A DNA stretch of 64,000 nucleotides from Marsupella aquatica (taxonomy: Eukaryota; Plantae; Marchantiophyta), in assembly GCA_973895155.1 (NCBI GenBank), contig OZ316898.1:10382286-10446285 (forward strand). The letters are read 5' to 3'. Positions 40,093 to 53,012 of this stretch are shown here, in pieces. The notes beneath the pieces were generated by a model. That model saw nothing but the letters and a program-made list of their open reading frames with translations. It ran no database searches and was not told the origin of the DNA. Position numbers and translations under genes: made by a program. Position 1 is the first letter of the stretch, and each line of letters begins with the position of its first letter.

Positions 40093-42040
40093 GTTCTGGC
40101 CAAAAGAGTCTAGTTGAGATGATCTATCAGCAACATTATATTCGCAAAACTAAGAAGGTCTCTGTAAAAATTCAGGACAAGATTTTGTTTGTCTATGGCT
40201 GCCTAATTTCCTCCAGGCAGATTGAGAACAAGAACTAATTTGTGAAAGTCAAGACAAGATTGTGCTTCACTAGATGAAGTCAACGCATTGGTCCACCAAG
40301 TGCATGTGACTTTACTTTCGGCTTCAATTGTCACTTTGTTATTGCCCACGGATCTTATGACATGCACGGTGAAGTGATTGGTCGTAGCCACATATCAAGA
40401 GTACTTTACACTTTGAATGAGATTACAAAAGCTGTATCTCTCGGGCAAATCAGCAGTAAACTTTTTTATCCTGCAAAGTACTATGAAGCACTTCAGTAGC
40501 TCGAGGAATCTGGTCGACAGTGGAGCAGGGTGTGATATTGTTTGTTCAAGTGAAGTTGTGATTGTGTTCTCCAGAAGGGTTGCTTCAACGTTGAGTGAGC
40601 CACGGGGTGAGCCGATCCATCAATGAGAAGAATCGTTGTTCCCGTTGCCTACCTAGCTACTATATATACCTCGAGGTCTTCAAAAGCTATTACAAAGTCA
40701 ATCAACACTTACCAGTTACTCAGTTTGTTGGCCGAATAGGTAGCACTGTCAAAGAAATCCTCATCATATCTAACATCTAAGATTCTAGATGCATGTCACT
40801 GAATTAGTCCACTCAATGGTTTTGATCTTGGTAGATTTCTACTAGACTATCACTATGATAGAAAACATATACTACTCGAGACTCAAGTTTGACTTATAAT
40901 CTACGTAAAATGGACGCCAAGCCCTCTTTGCTTGATATATAGGTCACTTGGTAATTCTTGCACTGACGCAATATTGTTTTCCAAAGGTACATTCTTGCAA
41001 TTACTGACGGCAAGTGCTAGGAGAGAGGAGGAACAACAGACAATCGTTCTTTGCTGAGCACAACAATTTCAAGTCGTTTACCCAAGTAACAGTTCCATTC
41101 CTACCTATAGTACATGGTCAAATGCACAAATGACAATATTATATCTATAAACACAAATTTGTTCGTGATTGGAATAAAATAGAGAAATATTTGACTGAGT
41201 TATGAGTTGGTAGTTGGTTTAAATCAAAACCCCGCATCTAGGTTTTCTAAGTCCAAAACCCAACAACTAAGTTTTTTTAATTTTTTTTTAGAAGATGAAG
41301 CTCAGCATCTTCTTAATAAAAATTAACAAAATGGAAATAATTAAGAAAACACATGTAAATCCTAAAGTATCTTTGAGTGAGGCCAAAATGTTTCAAAGTT
41401 CTTGCCCAAAACTCATTCCATTGATTAGACTTTAAATGTTATTACCACCATTTATGGTATTGGATTACTACTGGTGTGCGTGTTAGAGTGTCGTCAACAC
41501 GATTTGGCCTTTCTTTCTAAGTGATATTCGATCAAATACTAACAAGCATCAAATATTTCACCATCCAAAATGGTAATTTGCATTGTGAAAGTAACATAAT
41601 CATTCTCAATCAGAACTATTTCGCATGAATTAGAAATCTCCAGCAACATAGGCTCGGCAACAATTACAATCTCATGCATTGCCATCAAGAACTTAAAGTA
41701 GTATAACAAGTCACCGCATTCCAGAATTTGTCATTACACTTCTTAAGATTCAACAAAACAAAGTTTTACTTCCTTGAGATATCGCCTCAATACATGAATT
41801 ACAAGGAAGGAGACTTAAAATAAAAAGCCTGGTGTAAACAACTAAAGTATTTTTTTTATAATCTTAAGGAAGATGTGGGTGACGAGGCTGTACACCTCTC
41901 CAATAAAAGATCCTAAGGTAGATCTAAACAATCTAGCTAAAAACTAATAAATGATGAATGGTGGCGCCCTGAAGGAAATCAATGGTGCCCTGAAGGAAAT
42001 CAAAAAACACTAAGCCTTTGAGAGAGGAGCACCAGGATAC

Positions 42041-42418
42041 CCTATGTTTTTGAGCAAAAATTATTGCAACATTGTGCAGCAAGATGCTGATACATCAATT
42101 TGGATAATGACATATGTCTCTAATTTGACAAGAAATTGTAAATGAGGATATTTCACTATTATGGACTATGGTATTCAAATGCCACTACTTGACGGGGATG
42201 CATTTTTCTTTAGAGGAATGAATAGACATGGGACTTCATTAAGAAGCTTGACAATAGATCCAGTATATGTGGTTGCCTTGGCATTAAATCAAAAGTTGGG
42301 AAGAGCATTTGCACATGCTAAGAGAGCCAAACTTTCAAGTCAAGGATTATGTAAAATTTTATCAAATGGGATGGCTTCCAAATCTCATCCCAAATACATT
42401 GATCGGAACATTGATTAA
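42041..42418 (+). pseudogene. TET/JBP-like 2OG-Fe(II) dioxygenase relic
   Basis: One frame reads MFLSKNYCNIVQQDADTSIWIM...CK*GYFTIMDYGIQMPLLDGDAFFFRGMNRHGTS...VVALAL. This fits the NxxxHxD...GGxF..xxG.....GD...F.....HGT pattern with H>Q and G>stop lesions. Confidence 0.45.
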
Positions 42419-42494
42419 GCAAATTGATTGAGCATGCATTTTGGATGTGATCCATTGTTATGCTTTTTATTAATCATTGTAAAGTGGTAGCTCT

Positions 42495-43220
42495 GGTAAG
42501 TTGCAATTTTTTGTTATGAAAAAACTTGATTATCGTTGATCGTAGCAAAGGCAAGTATCTTTTAAGAATTAACTGCAGTTTGTAATGCAATATGGTACAA
42601 CTTGAGTTTTCTTATTACAAATGAATGGAACTTGAACCTGTGCTTGAATGGCTTAGTGAACTTGTTGGCAAACAAGTTATGGTTAAGTGTCTTTAGAGAA
42701 TTGCAAGTTGTAATGCAATTATATGCTAAGTTGTGTCATGTCTTAATAGCTCAGGTAAGTTGAATTTTTTTGTTATGAAAAAACTTGATTATTGTTGACC
42801 GTAGCAAAGACAAGTATCTTTTAAGAACTACAGTTTGTAACGCAATATGGTACAACTTGAGTTTTCTTATTACAAATGAATGGAACTTGAACTTGTGCTT
42901 GAATGGCTTAGTGCAGTAACTTGTTGGCAAACAAGTTATGGTTAAGTATCTTTAGAGAATTGTGAGTTGTAATGCAATTATATGCTAAGTTGTGTCATGT
43001 CTTAATAGCTCAGGTAAGTTGCAATTTTTTGTTATGAAAAAACTTGATTATTGTTGACCATAGCAAAGGCAAGTATCTTTTAAGAACTGCAGTTTGTAAC
43101 GCAATATGGTAACTTGAGTTTTCTTATTACAAATGAATGAAACTTGAACCTGTGCTTGAATGGCTTAGTGCAGTAACTTGTTGGCAAACAAGTTATGGTT
43201 ATAATAAGTTGTGTCATGTC
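42495..43220. repeat. ~260-bp tandem repeat, nearly 3 copies
   Basis: GGTAAGTTG...TTGTTATGAAAAAACTTGATT recurs at about 42495, 42753 and 43013. Confidence 0.9.
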
Positions 43221-43346
43221 TATCATATTCCCCATTAAATAGTTACAACTTGTTTTATTCTAAGTTTCAAGGGAGAGTAGGAGGGAGAGTGGAGCCAAAT
43301 GGTGAGTACGTTCAAACTCATGTCAAACCTCTTGGGAGCATGGAGG

Positions 43347-44606
43347 CACTAGTACAGAATCACCCTCTAGACCGATTATCCCCCAATCGGACCCCTTCAA
43401 CGGATTTTCTCGGTGGTCCGATATTAGTCAAATTGCATTGTCCAATGCTAAAACTATTGGAATAGCGTGATCGGACCAAGATTGGACGTTTCCAATTAAA
43501 ACCATATCGGAGACAATGTGCAATTTGTAAGGAATGGCAACAAATTGTCCGATCATTGTAAAATGGATAAACCATCTCCAAGCACTCTACAATTGGGATC
43601 TTTGTTGTGATTGCCATAGAATTGGAAAACGATTCTCAATGCGCGTTGAATCGTACATTAGTTATCCATTTTAAAACCATTGGAAAGTATTTTCCAATTT
43701 GAGATAAATCGGAACTTAGTTTGCATGCCATTTAAAGTCGGACAATGGTTTCCAATTGTAAGCACATCGGAAAGTGGGTTTCCATTTAAGGGGAATTGGA
43801 AGTGAGGTTGCAACTCCATTTATGTCGGAAGACAATTTTTGATTCCCTTTTGGTTGGATTGTGACAAATATTGAGGGTTCTCTTCTATTGGTAATTAGGG
43901 GTCATGGAGGCTATTACAATTACACCAAAAAAGTGGGTAGTCAATATATGGAGAGCTAATAGCATATATACAAAATGGGGAAACATACCCCGAGCATAGA
44001 AGGAGCATAGTAAACCCTGAAGTTGCTCCATTAATGATTCAAAATAGCATGCTCATCCAACCCAAACCCTAAACTTTTGGTACCTAGGCCAGCTACCCTA
44101 AACTCATGGTCCTTAAACTAAGCCTAAAAGCTAATGTCGTGTAGACCGTCGCTGAGCAGGTCGTGTGGTGAATTCCTAGGCTAATGACCGAGCAGTCACT
44201 GGAGGACTCTGACCAACTGCCGTCCCTGTGCAAGCACTCCTCCTCCTTGGTGTGGCTCTAGGTGCAGGACTCGATGACCCCAAGGGTGCATCCCTCACGG
44301 GTGGTTCCCCAGTAGCGCCCCCGGTGCTCAATCTCCCATTGCTACCCCCTGAGGCTGGTGCCCCTGTGCTGCCCCTTGAGGCAGTCGACCCCCCACCACT
44401 AGCCCGTGAGGCTGGTCCCCTAGTGCTGCCCCTGGAGGATAGTCTCCTAGTACCACTGCCCCCACCCTTTACTAAATGAGACCCCTCCATATGTTTGGCT
44501 TCTTCTGTGCCATCAGCATCATCATCATCGCCACTACCAGCCTCTGAGTCTGACTCATCAATCTACTACATTTCACAAATAATGTTAGAGTTAAGATATG
44601 TATAAT
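43347..44606 (-). mobile_element. One end of a second, older CACTA element that hosts the 44607-62113 element; continues at 62117-62233
   Basis: Starts CACTAGTACAGAAT, followed by dense ATCGGA/ATTGGA/TCCAAT subterminal motifs. Last exon 44562-44176 is acidic then Gly/Ser/Pro/Arg-rich, like the final exon of the neighbouring TnpA-like gene. The other TIR is not in the window. Confidence 0.6.
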
Positions 44607-45567
44607 CACTACAACATATTTGACACTTTTGTGAAGGTATTTTTGTCGACGCTCTTGTATTTCCGATGGGCGGCGCTTGGCATACTTTGCGAATCAATCC
44701 GCATCCCAATTTGCGATTCTATCCCTATCGCAAAGATAATACTTGAAGCGCATTATATCACTAATACATTGCAAAGTAACTTATTTTGCAATTTTTACCG
44801 AAACGCGCCGAATGGAAAGGCGCTTTCTGAAGACGCCAAAATTGCTCGCCGACTCCGAAACTGACTGATGTAAATATTTGCGAAGAAGGTTGGATTGAAA
44901 ATTTTTTGCGATAGTAGTTGTTTGACAAGTTTAAGAATGTCGGAGGATGGTTCAAGATTTGCGAAACGGTGAGAATATGAAATGTGTGATTGATTTTGAA
45001 TCACAAGTTTGCAAATAGTATAGTATAGAAATATTGAGAAACGAGAAGCTTCATATAAATTGCGAGTCGGGTGAGATTTTGTGAGCTTCGCAAATTGTTT
45101 GCAAACTTAAAATTAAGATTATTGTGAGGTGAGACAATGAAGAGGGTGGATGGTCCAATATATGGATGGGGCAGGAGGGAAGAGGAAGGGAGGATGGAGG
45201 GAGGTACAATGAAGGATGGAAAAGGGAGGGAGTACAATGGAAGAGGAAGGAGGGAGGAGAAAGAGGAAGGGAGGAGGGACAGACGTACCACGGAGGAGGG
45301 AAACACGAGGGTGACAATGAAAATTATGGAATAAGTAGGAAATAAAGTTATATTGAGCAACAGAGGTTAGATAGAAAGTTGCATGTAAAATTCACAAGTG
45401 ATCACAATAAAACAATACAATACATATGTCATGAGTATGACTCATTCAAAAATGAATGACAAATATAAATATAGACAATACTTATTTTTATATCACCAAA
45501 CATGAACAAATCAAATATAACATGAACAAATGTCTAGGCTGGACCCAAGTGCATATAAATATGTCCC

Positions 45568-48426
45568 TCACACTTGGTCCTCATCGGCCTCAAGGTCATC
45601 TAGGTCTGATACAATAACATCTGGCTTCTCAGAAACAATGGAACGAGAACGTGGCACATAGGTGATGACAATTGACCACTCGGTGTCTAAGGGGTATGGA
45701 ATGTAGAAACATTGCTCCAAATGTGATGGGAAAGCAAATGGTTCTGATGTTTGCCAATGAGATACACTAGTGGCACTTGTCTTCAACCGTGTAAACCCAC
45801 TCTGTCATCCAACTCAAACAACTTTTGCTTCATATACTCATGCATCTTAGGAAAAATTCTTGCTCTTTGACTTGTTCTCTTGACATTCTCATAAAACTCT
45901 CTCCATTTCTCCATGATATTACTATTACTCAACATAAATGTTGTCAATTGTGACCACTATGTTGATGTCAACATGCATGTTTTTGTGGCACCTGTTAAAC
46001 GGTCCTCCTCCTCTACTCTTTCCTCCATCCAAGTACGTGGACAAGTAGGATCAATGGTGGCCAAGATGTTACTACAATAAAACATACTCTCTGCTGCCAA
46101 GTATCCTGTAGCTATGCTTCCCTCCACCCGTGCATGGTTACGTACATAAGCCTTCAACACTGCCATGTAACGCTCAAGCCAATACATCCATCTACAATGC
46201 ACTGGACCAGCAATGGCAACCTCCCGCACAAGATGCACAAGTAAATGAACCTGACAATCAAAGAAGGAAGGAGGAAGGGCTTTCTCCAACTTGCATACCA
46301 CCTCAGTTGCCAATACCTCCATCCTAGGGATCTCTTCTACATATATCTCCTTTGAGCATATCCATCTCAACAAATGACCCAATGACCAGATGGCATCTTG
46401 CACTTCTTCACTCCCTATACCTATAATTGCCACTGGCAATATATGTTGCAATAGGCGATGATAGTCATGTGTCTTTAGATATCGTGGCCACTTGTGATTG
46501 TCCTCCATCCCAAAAGCTTTCCGAAGGTTGGCACCATAGTCTGTAGGAAACCGCATCTCTCCTATACGGTTCCGAAATTCACGTCTTTGGCCAACACTCA
46601 ACACCCAAGGAGCAGAAGGACGATTCTCCACACCTATGATAGGATCAGTTGTCACCCAAACATCTAGATGCATTTCCATCTCCTCGCATGCCTCCCTAAA
46701 ATTAGTGTCCTTCTCCCCATAAAAATGCTTTATCAAAGCCTTCCCCACATTGCCCTCTATGTGCATGGGGTCTAAGAGATGGCGGATCTTCAACTCAAAC
46801 CAATAGGGCAAAGTGGCTAGTATACTCCACCTGGTCAAACCTGTCCTATCAAAGGTGAAGGAATCATTTGGGTCTGCCACCCTATTAGCTAGTGACTTCC
46901 ACTGTGCAAAACTTGTTGCATCAGGAATTTCACGCTCATCACCAAATGGCATGTCAAAGGAGGAGAATAGAAGTGGGTCAAACCTCATCTCATGCCCCAT
47001 GGGAAGAAACTTTGTATGCCCAATATAAACAATCTTTCTAATCCATGAACAATACGTGGCCATGTCCTCTAAGCTTGGGCCACAAGTAGAGCAAGCTTTG
47101 TACCCCTGAGTTTGCAATCCAGAGACAAAACCAAACCCTGCTTACATAGAAGAAATCAAACCATGCAAACGTTATGTTAGGGTTGTCACATGAGAAACAA
47201 CAATAGGAACTACACATTATTGAAGGGTTGCAAATGGCATGGAAGTCATCTTACTAGGATAGTCATGCATTGTCCAACAAATGATCCCTCTCAATTGAAA
47301 GACACGTGGAAAACCTCCTGTAATTTTCCTGCCATCATATGCCCACACTCCATCCCATAATTTTTGAAGTTCTCCAACCAATAGTGCCAAATAAGTGTCA
47401 AAGTTCTTCACCTTTTTGGACCTGGAATAATCAAAGACAATAAAAGGAACCCCTTCCTCATGGATAGCCATGGTGGGAGGTTATAATTCATGACAACACA
47501 GGCCAAACTGATGTAGGTTGCCCTTTTCCTCCAAGTGAATGAGGGCTAACTCCATCAGATGCCAATCCTAGCCTCGCATGGCGAGGATCATGTGCAAAGT
47601 CTGGCCATGTTGCCTCAATATGTTTGTGAGCAGGGGAGTCAACTGGCAACCGCATGACACCAGACTCTGATCGATGAGTCTTATGCCATACCATCAACTC
47701 TGCCAAGTCAGAACACCGATACATGTGCAACAACCGAGGAATGATGGGAAACCAACGAACAACCTTCCTTGGCACCTTCTTTGTTAGCATGTTGGGGTCA
47801 TAGCAAGGCTCATCACATGTTGTACATTGTGTCATGTTTGCATTGGCCCCATGAAATAACATGCAATCATTCACACATGCATGAATAATATGATATTCCA
47901 TGCCAATAGATGAGAGAACACTCTTTGCCTCCTTCCAAGTTGCTGGCAACACATTCTCAGTGGGTAACATAAGGTCATGGCAAAGTGCAAACATATCAGA
48001 TAACAAGGCATTGTTTGCCTTGTGTTTGGCCTGTAGGTTCATCAACCCCAAGATGGCTGAAAGACGACTCAAACGAGCACCCTCATAGATAGGTGTTCGG
48101 GCATGTTCCTCTGCTTCTTCCCATTGGCGTTGTCCCTCAGGGGTATGTCTTGGTCGTGGATCATTGGGGGGCACCTGCCCTTCATTGGGAAGGTCATCAC
48201 CAGGGTTGTCGGCACCAAACCAATCAACCATAAAGTCATCCATGGCTCTATCCTGGTCATCAGTTACTTGTTCATCCGTCCGAGGTACCTCTTCATCAGG
48301 GTTACTGCTTCCACTAGCACTTGATGAGGAGTGTGACTCTGATCCATGTCCTTCTTCTGGCATACCCATTTCTCGATATGTTGCTCTCAATCTCCGTGGT
48401 AACATATTTGGAGAGGGTCGCACATT
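45568..48426 (-). pseudogene. CACTA transposase (TnpD/TNP2: Transposase_21, DUF4218, DUF4216 remnant)
   Basis: Motifs IHACVNDCMLF, PIIPRL, DSPAHKH, RLGLASDGVSP, WPV, NLPPW, HDYP, LDPMHIEGN, LKTHDYH, PPSFFD...HLLVHL, GPVHCRWMY, ERYM, EPFAFPSH. Two frameshifts near 47495 and 47415, a stop at 45957, an internal deletion near 45805, and an intron at about 47254-47138. Confidence 0.93.
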
Positions 48427-48602
48427 CTAAAAACAAAGCAAACAATTGAAAGTTATATTGCAAAGAGAACACACACAAAAATGGGCTAGGGGTGTGCAAA
48501 AACGAAATAATATTGGTTGTGGTGCAAATACAAAATGTGGCCAAAGGCCATATGTAGTGTCATTTGATATGCAACATACCACCTATGACCCTTAACTTAA
48601 CC

Positions 48603-51600
48603 CTAATCCCACTCATAGTGAGTAAATAACTCATCCCCTGAGTTAATGGTCCTCGTCGCTACAACTAGGCAATGGTCATGATGATATGTCTGGCCATAAG
48701 GTGCTGGCGGAGGACCCTCAATGAAAACCCACTCACAATTTTGCCTACGCTTAGGGCGAGTCCCCACGGTACTGTTTATGAAACCAGCAATATTCCTAGT
48801 CCGTATGGGGTCCCCATCTATGACACGCTGCTCACTATACCTTCTAGTGTTTCCATCAAAAGTATCCATGTCCAATGCATAAGTCTTCCACTCAGGGTGT
48901 TGTGCAAGGATCATGTTCCAATGTCTTCTCTTGTAGATGGGTCCACCATAAGGAAACAAAGTAGGCCCCTCTCGGCCGCGTCCACCTCTACCACTCTCGG
49001 CGTCCACAATGATGTCCTCACACGCAAAAACTCCATAGCCATGTCTATCCCCAAGTGTGGAAGGTTTGATAACCCAATGTCTACCCCAAACCTCTACCTC
49101 CTCACCGTAGGAAAGCTGTTGTGGCAAACCAAGAGTCTCAGGATCCCAGTCCTTGATGATAGGGACACATCTGCCAGTGAACTCACAATCACCCCACCTA
49201 CCTGTAACCACTGCCTTGTACAAATCAGTATCCCCTCGGGCCCGCCTCTTGGAACGCTTTCTCCCTCTTGGGACAATAGCCTCAACCCCAACTTCCCTAG
49301 GACTGATGGGCCTTGCCGCTTGTAAGTAGTGGGTAATTCCAAAAGCATGAAGAAACTGAAAATTTTTAAATTTTTTACGGTGTTTAGACTGCAATTATTG
49401 CTAACTGTAACTGAAACAGCATTCAAAGTTACTAAGTTCCTAAGTTACGAGTAAACTCAGTTTACGAGTTTACTAGTTCACTGCTTTACGAGTTACGCCT
49501 TAAGAATTGGTGACCCTGTGATCGTGACATCTTACGACTAGTTCAACGGGACTCCATAACGGATGAAGAGCTCACCTTGAAAGGGAAGGAATGCAAGACA
49601 TAGGCGCTCATTACTGACTTCTCTCCCATCTTACCTCTCAAACTCTGGCCAACTTCAACCGGTATTTCAGAGATGTCAAATGGAGACTTCGACCCTTCTA
49701 TTCTAGGATGATGAATAGTGATGAGTTCCTGTATCATTATCCCCAAGTATATGCTGCTACTTGTAACAACTATGATGTGATCGGGATGTACAAAGAAGCT
49801 CTTCGTATAGATTCATGTTATTTGATGAAGAGAATGCCTTTGATGTATCCTGAGAGACAATTGAGGTGCCTACCTTACTCCAGAGGATCCCCACGCCAAG
49901 CTGAGATGATAGAGGTTACCCAGAATTGAACTGTTACTCTTGTGGAGTTACTAGAACCAGAGGACATCCGACAGCAAGCTTGAAGAAGTCTGTAAGTGTT
50001 CTTAGTTAGTTTTAAGAGTAGTGCATCTTATCTGATTTTTAGAAATGTGTTCTAAAGCTTTGGAAGCTGTCATACTTCTTTAGTGTATAGTCTGTACCTA
50101 GGAAAACTTCCTGGCAAAACCTCAAAGTTTTCTGACTTATAGTTAGGAAGTTAAAAATAGTTGAATTCATCAAGTCTTTACTTTACCACAATTACGAGTT
50201 ACGAGTCAATGACTTTACGAGTTTACATCTTTACAACTTTATGTTTTTACGAGTTTACTAGTTTAAGAGTTACTAGTTTACGATTACAAGTTCCGACAGA
50301 TTTCCGATTACGAGTTTAATAGTTTACAAGTTTACGAGTTTACTAGTTTACGAGTTCAGACTTAGTCATTTTTCCGACTTTTCACTCACAGTTTTGTAGT
50401 TTTAACTTTTTGAGGAGTATGAAGAGGCATGTCTCTTCGACCCTATGACCTCTCACTCGGTAGATTTTTACTATAAGATAGCTCTACCACTAGTGTAGAT
50501 TATGGTAAAGTCTAGCAATTTTTGCCTTTCTTTGGTGTTCTGCCAGTTGATCATGAATGTTAAGAGTTCGAGATCAAGCTTGACACCAGGAGAAGACTTT
50601 CCTCCTTCTTGTGGTTTAATCCTTTGAATAAATCATGGGAAGTAAAATTCCAATTGTGTAAATCTTATGAGATATGATGACAGATTCCTCTTTGGTGACT
50701 CATTACAATCTCTTGAGTTCTTGAAGTTAACTCACTGAGTTTAAGTCTTATTTGAAATTGATGGATTTTCTTTCATGTTGCTTAGTACCATCTAAATGTT
50801 GAAGTAGCTACCTTTTAGATCTTATCTGAGTACCATTTAGAAAGAAAGGATAAGACATGTTGACGGCATTTTAAAAGGTACTCTAGTAAACAGTTTAGAT
50901 CTGAAAAGCAATATGGATTTGAATCCTTAAGTCTTTTCATTTTGACTTATGTCTAAGGAGTAACCTTGGAAAATTCCAGACTCCCTTAGCATACTTTGAG
51001 ATATTTTTCCTTGTGTTTTGTTAATCATTTCCTTTTCATTAATTTATGGTTACATGATGCTGAGTTGTCATTAAAAACCACTCACCGCTGTGGAGCGATC
51101 TTCAAAATACCTTATTAAAGTAATCAATCCTGATTACTATGTGTTAAAGAGAGTCTTTAAACTCTCATTTGTGTTTTTATGTATCAAATCAACCCCATCC
51201 TGTTCTTTACGGGAACGAATACCGAGTTTGAAGACCTTTTAGTGTGTTTTTGGTTCTTCATAACAAACTACACCGCTAGACCCAAGGCTTGTGAGAATGC
51301 ATTGCCTATAGCATCTAGAACACCTTGTGATGGGACATAGGGTGCTTGTGCTGCAGGTCTAGGCCTATTGGATGCCTATTCCACCGAAACCAAAACAAAC
51401 AAAAGTAGGTGTGAAATTAAAAACCTTCAACCATTGAGTAATGGGAATAGGGTAGGAAAACTAAGGCATAACACTTACCATATGAGATGAAGAAGCCCCT
51501 GCCGTATGACGTCCACAACGCCCATATCTCTCAATATGTTGGGCACATATGTAAGATTTTTGGGAAACCTGACCCACACATCTGGGACATTCACAAAGTT

Positions 51601-51712
51601 GATGGGGTGGACCGCGAGGAGGAGGTGCGGTCGTGTGATGTTGAGGTGGAGGTGGTGTATCTTCATCAGAGGAGGACGAGTTTGTGGTGGAGATTTTAGA
51701 AGATGAAGACAT
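48603..51712 (-). CDS. CACTA-encoded SET-domain protein (Cys/His transposase-associated domain, NLS-like stretch, SET), 349 aa after removing the solo LTR that disrupts this copy
   Basis: Exon A 51712-51479 (CECPRC...H, ends ATG|GTAAGT). Exon B 51375-51273 plus 49315-48603 reads through in frame once 49321-51272 and one TSD copy are removed. SET motifs: HGYGVFA, PYGG, IDGD...NIAGFINS, VATRTINSGDELFTHY. Basic stretch RGRKRSKRR. Confidence 0.85.
49321..51272. mobile_element. Solo LTR (1952 bp) inserted in the SET-gene exon
   Basis: TGTA...TACA termini; TSD CCGCT at 49316-49320 and 51273-51277; internal TTTACGAG/TTTACTAG repeats; no gag or pol. Confidence 0.9.
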
Positions 51713-52649
51713 ATCCCTTGTAACAAGATATAATTAAAATGGGCATGTTATGACCAAAACATACCACAAAATGATATAAATCAAAGTTCCCAAATAATGA
51801 TGACAAGAAACCCAAACCAAAATGACCATAGCAATAAAAAAGGTACCTTTATGAGACCCGGGCTCAGCAGTGCCAATAGGTCTTGTGGCTCTAAGATAAT
51901 TAATGAACCCAATCTGAAAGTATGAGGGAAAAGCTGCAAGCATTCCATGTATATGTAAGCACAATAATCTGGACCAGACAAGAACAAAAAACCCTATATA
52001 CATGTCCCCTTTATACATAGTGGCAACCAAAAGTGTTAAGTACATGAAAGGAACACTTGAGCCGATCATGCAATGTTTACCTTTCAGATGCCCGGGCTCT
52101 CACAATGCATATGCATTAGTATCAAATCATCAAAAAGTGCCACACCCTGCAAGCTATCATATATTCCCCTCCTTTGTTAGCAAAACCCATGCCAATCCCT
52201 TTTTGATTCATAAACCCAATGAACCTCTCTTAAACCCAAAAGGCTGCAATATAAATATCATGAAACCTTGCTTTGTCTTATCCAAACCTTCAACCCCAAA
52301 CCTTATCCTACCTATTAAACCTAAATCTGACTTACACACAAACCCAAACCTTTCTTCAACCCTAGAGACCTTTCTATTTAAAAATCCCAAACCCTAAAAC
52401 CCTAAACCCAAACCTTACTTATTTCTTGTAAACCAAATCCCACACCCTTATTATTTCTTCTAAACTAATGTAAACCCAAACCTTAGCCTAAACCAACACC
52501 ATACATAACCCATTAACCTGAAATCTGCCTAACCCTTCAAACCTGCCTTCAAGTATTATCTAACACCCAAAACATGGCCAAAAAGCATTCCAAATATGAG
52601 TATAGAGGGGTCCACTTTACCTTTGAAAAAAACCCTTTCAAATGAAACC

Positions 52650-53012
52650 AACATTCCCCCCCGGACGAGTTGCCAATGTCTTGCGAAGCCACTTCCTTCG
52701 CAAATACCATCACAAATTAGAATTGAGTTTTGCGAAGCATCTGGTTTCGCACGACCTTCAGAAAAATAGAGCCCGAGAGCATTTCTGCGAGAGAGCGAAG
52801 GTGTTGCGAAGCCTTTCACGTCGCAATGGTTTCGCAAAATTGAGAAACTACATGCAAAACGAGAAGGATCGCAAATTGCGAAACGGGTTGCTTTGCAAGT
52901 CTTTCCCGCTTGTACTTTAGCACTTGGCCGCGGCGTACTCAACGGCATTTGACAATTTTCAAGCGTAGGGAGGGAGAAGGGAGCTCGCGCGCGCTCAGGG
53001 GGTGGCTTAGCT
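52650..53012. promoter_or_regulatory. Putative bidirectional promoter of the CACTA element with a TTTGCGA/TCGCAAA motif cluster
   Basis: Lies between the divergent minus-strand and plus-strand genes; CpG-rich; about 10 copies of the subterminal motif. Confidence 0.5.

Noticed and set aside
48672-49325. 217-aa plus-strand ORF antisense to the SET exon, and similar antisense ORFs over pol, VPS33 and TnpA
   Set aside because: They have no recognisable motifs and are shadow ORFs of real coding strands.
49321-49394. N-terminus MQSKHRKKFKNFQFLHAFGITHYLQ of the 263-aa ORF in the track
   Set aside because: It derives from the solo LTR end. The true upstream coding sequence lies beyond the insertion at 51273-51375.
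49316-51277. Idea that the solo LTR is spliced out as an intron, rescuing the SET gene
   Set aside because: The GT and AG available at its edges (GCG|GTGTAG ... ACAAG|CGG) would join out of frame.
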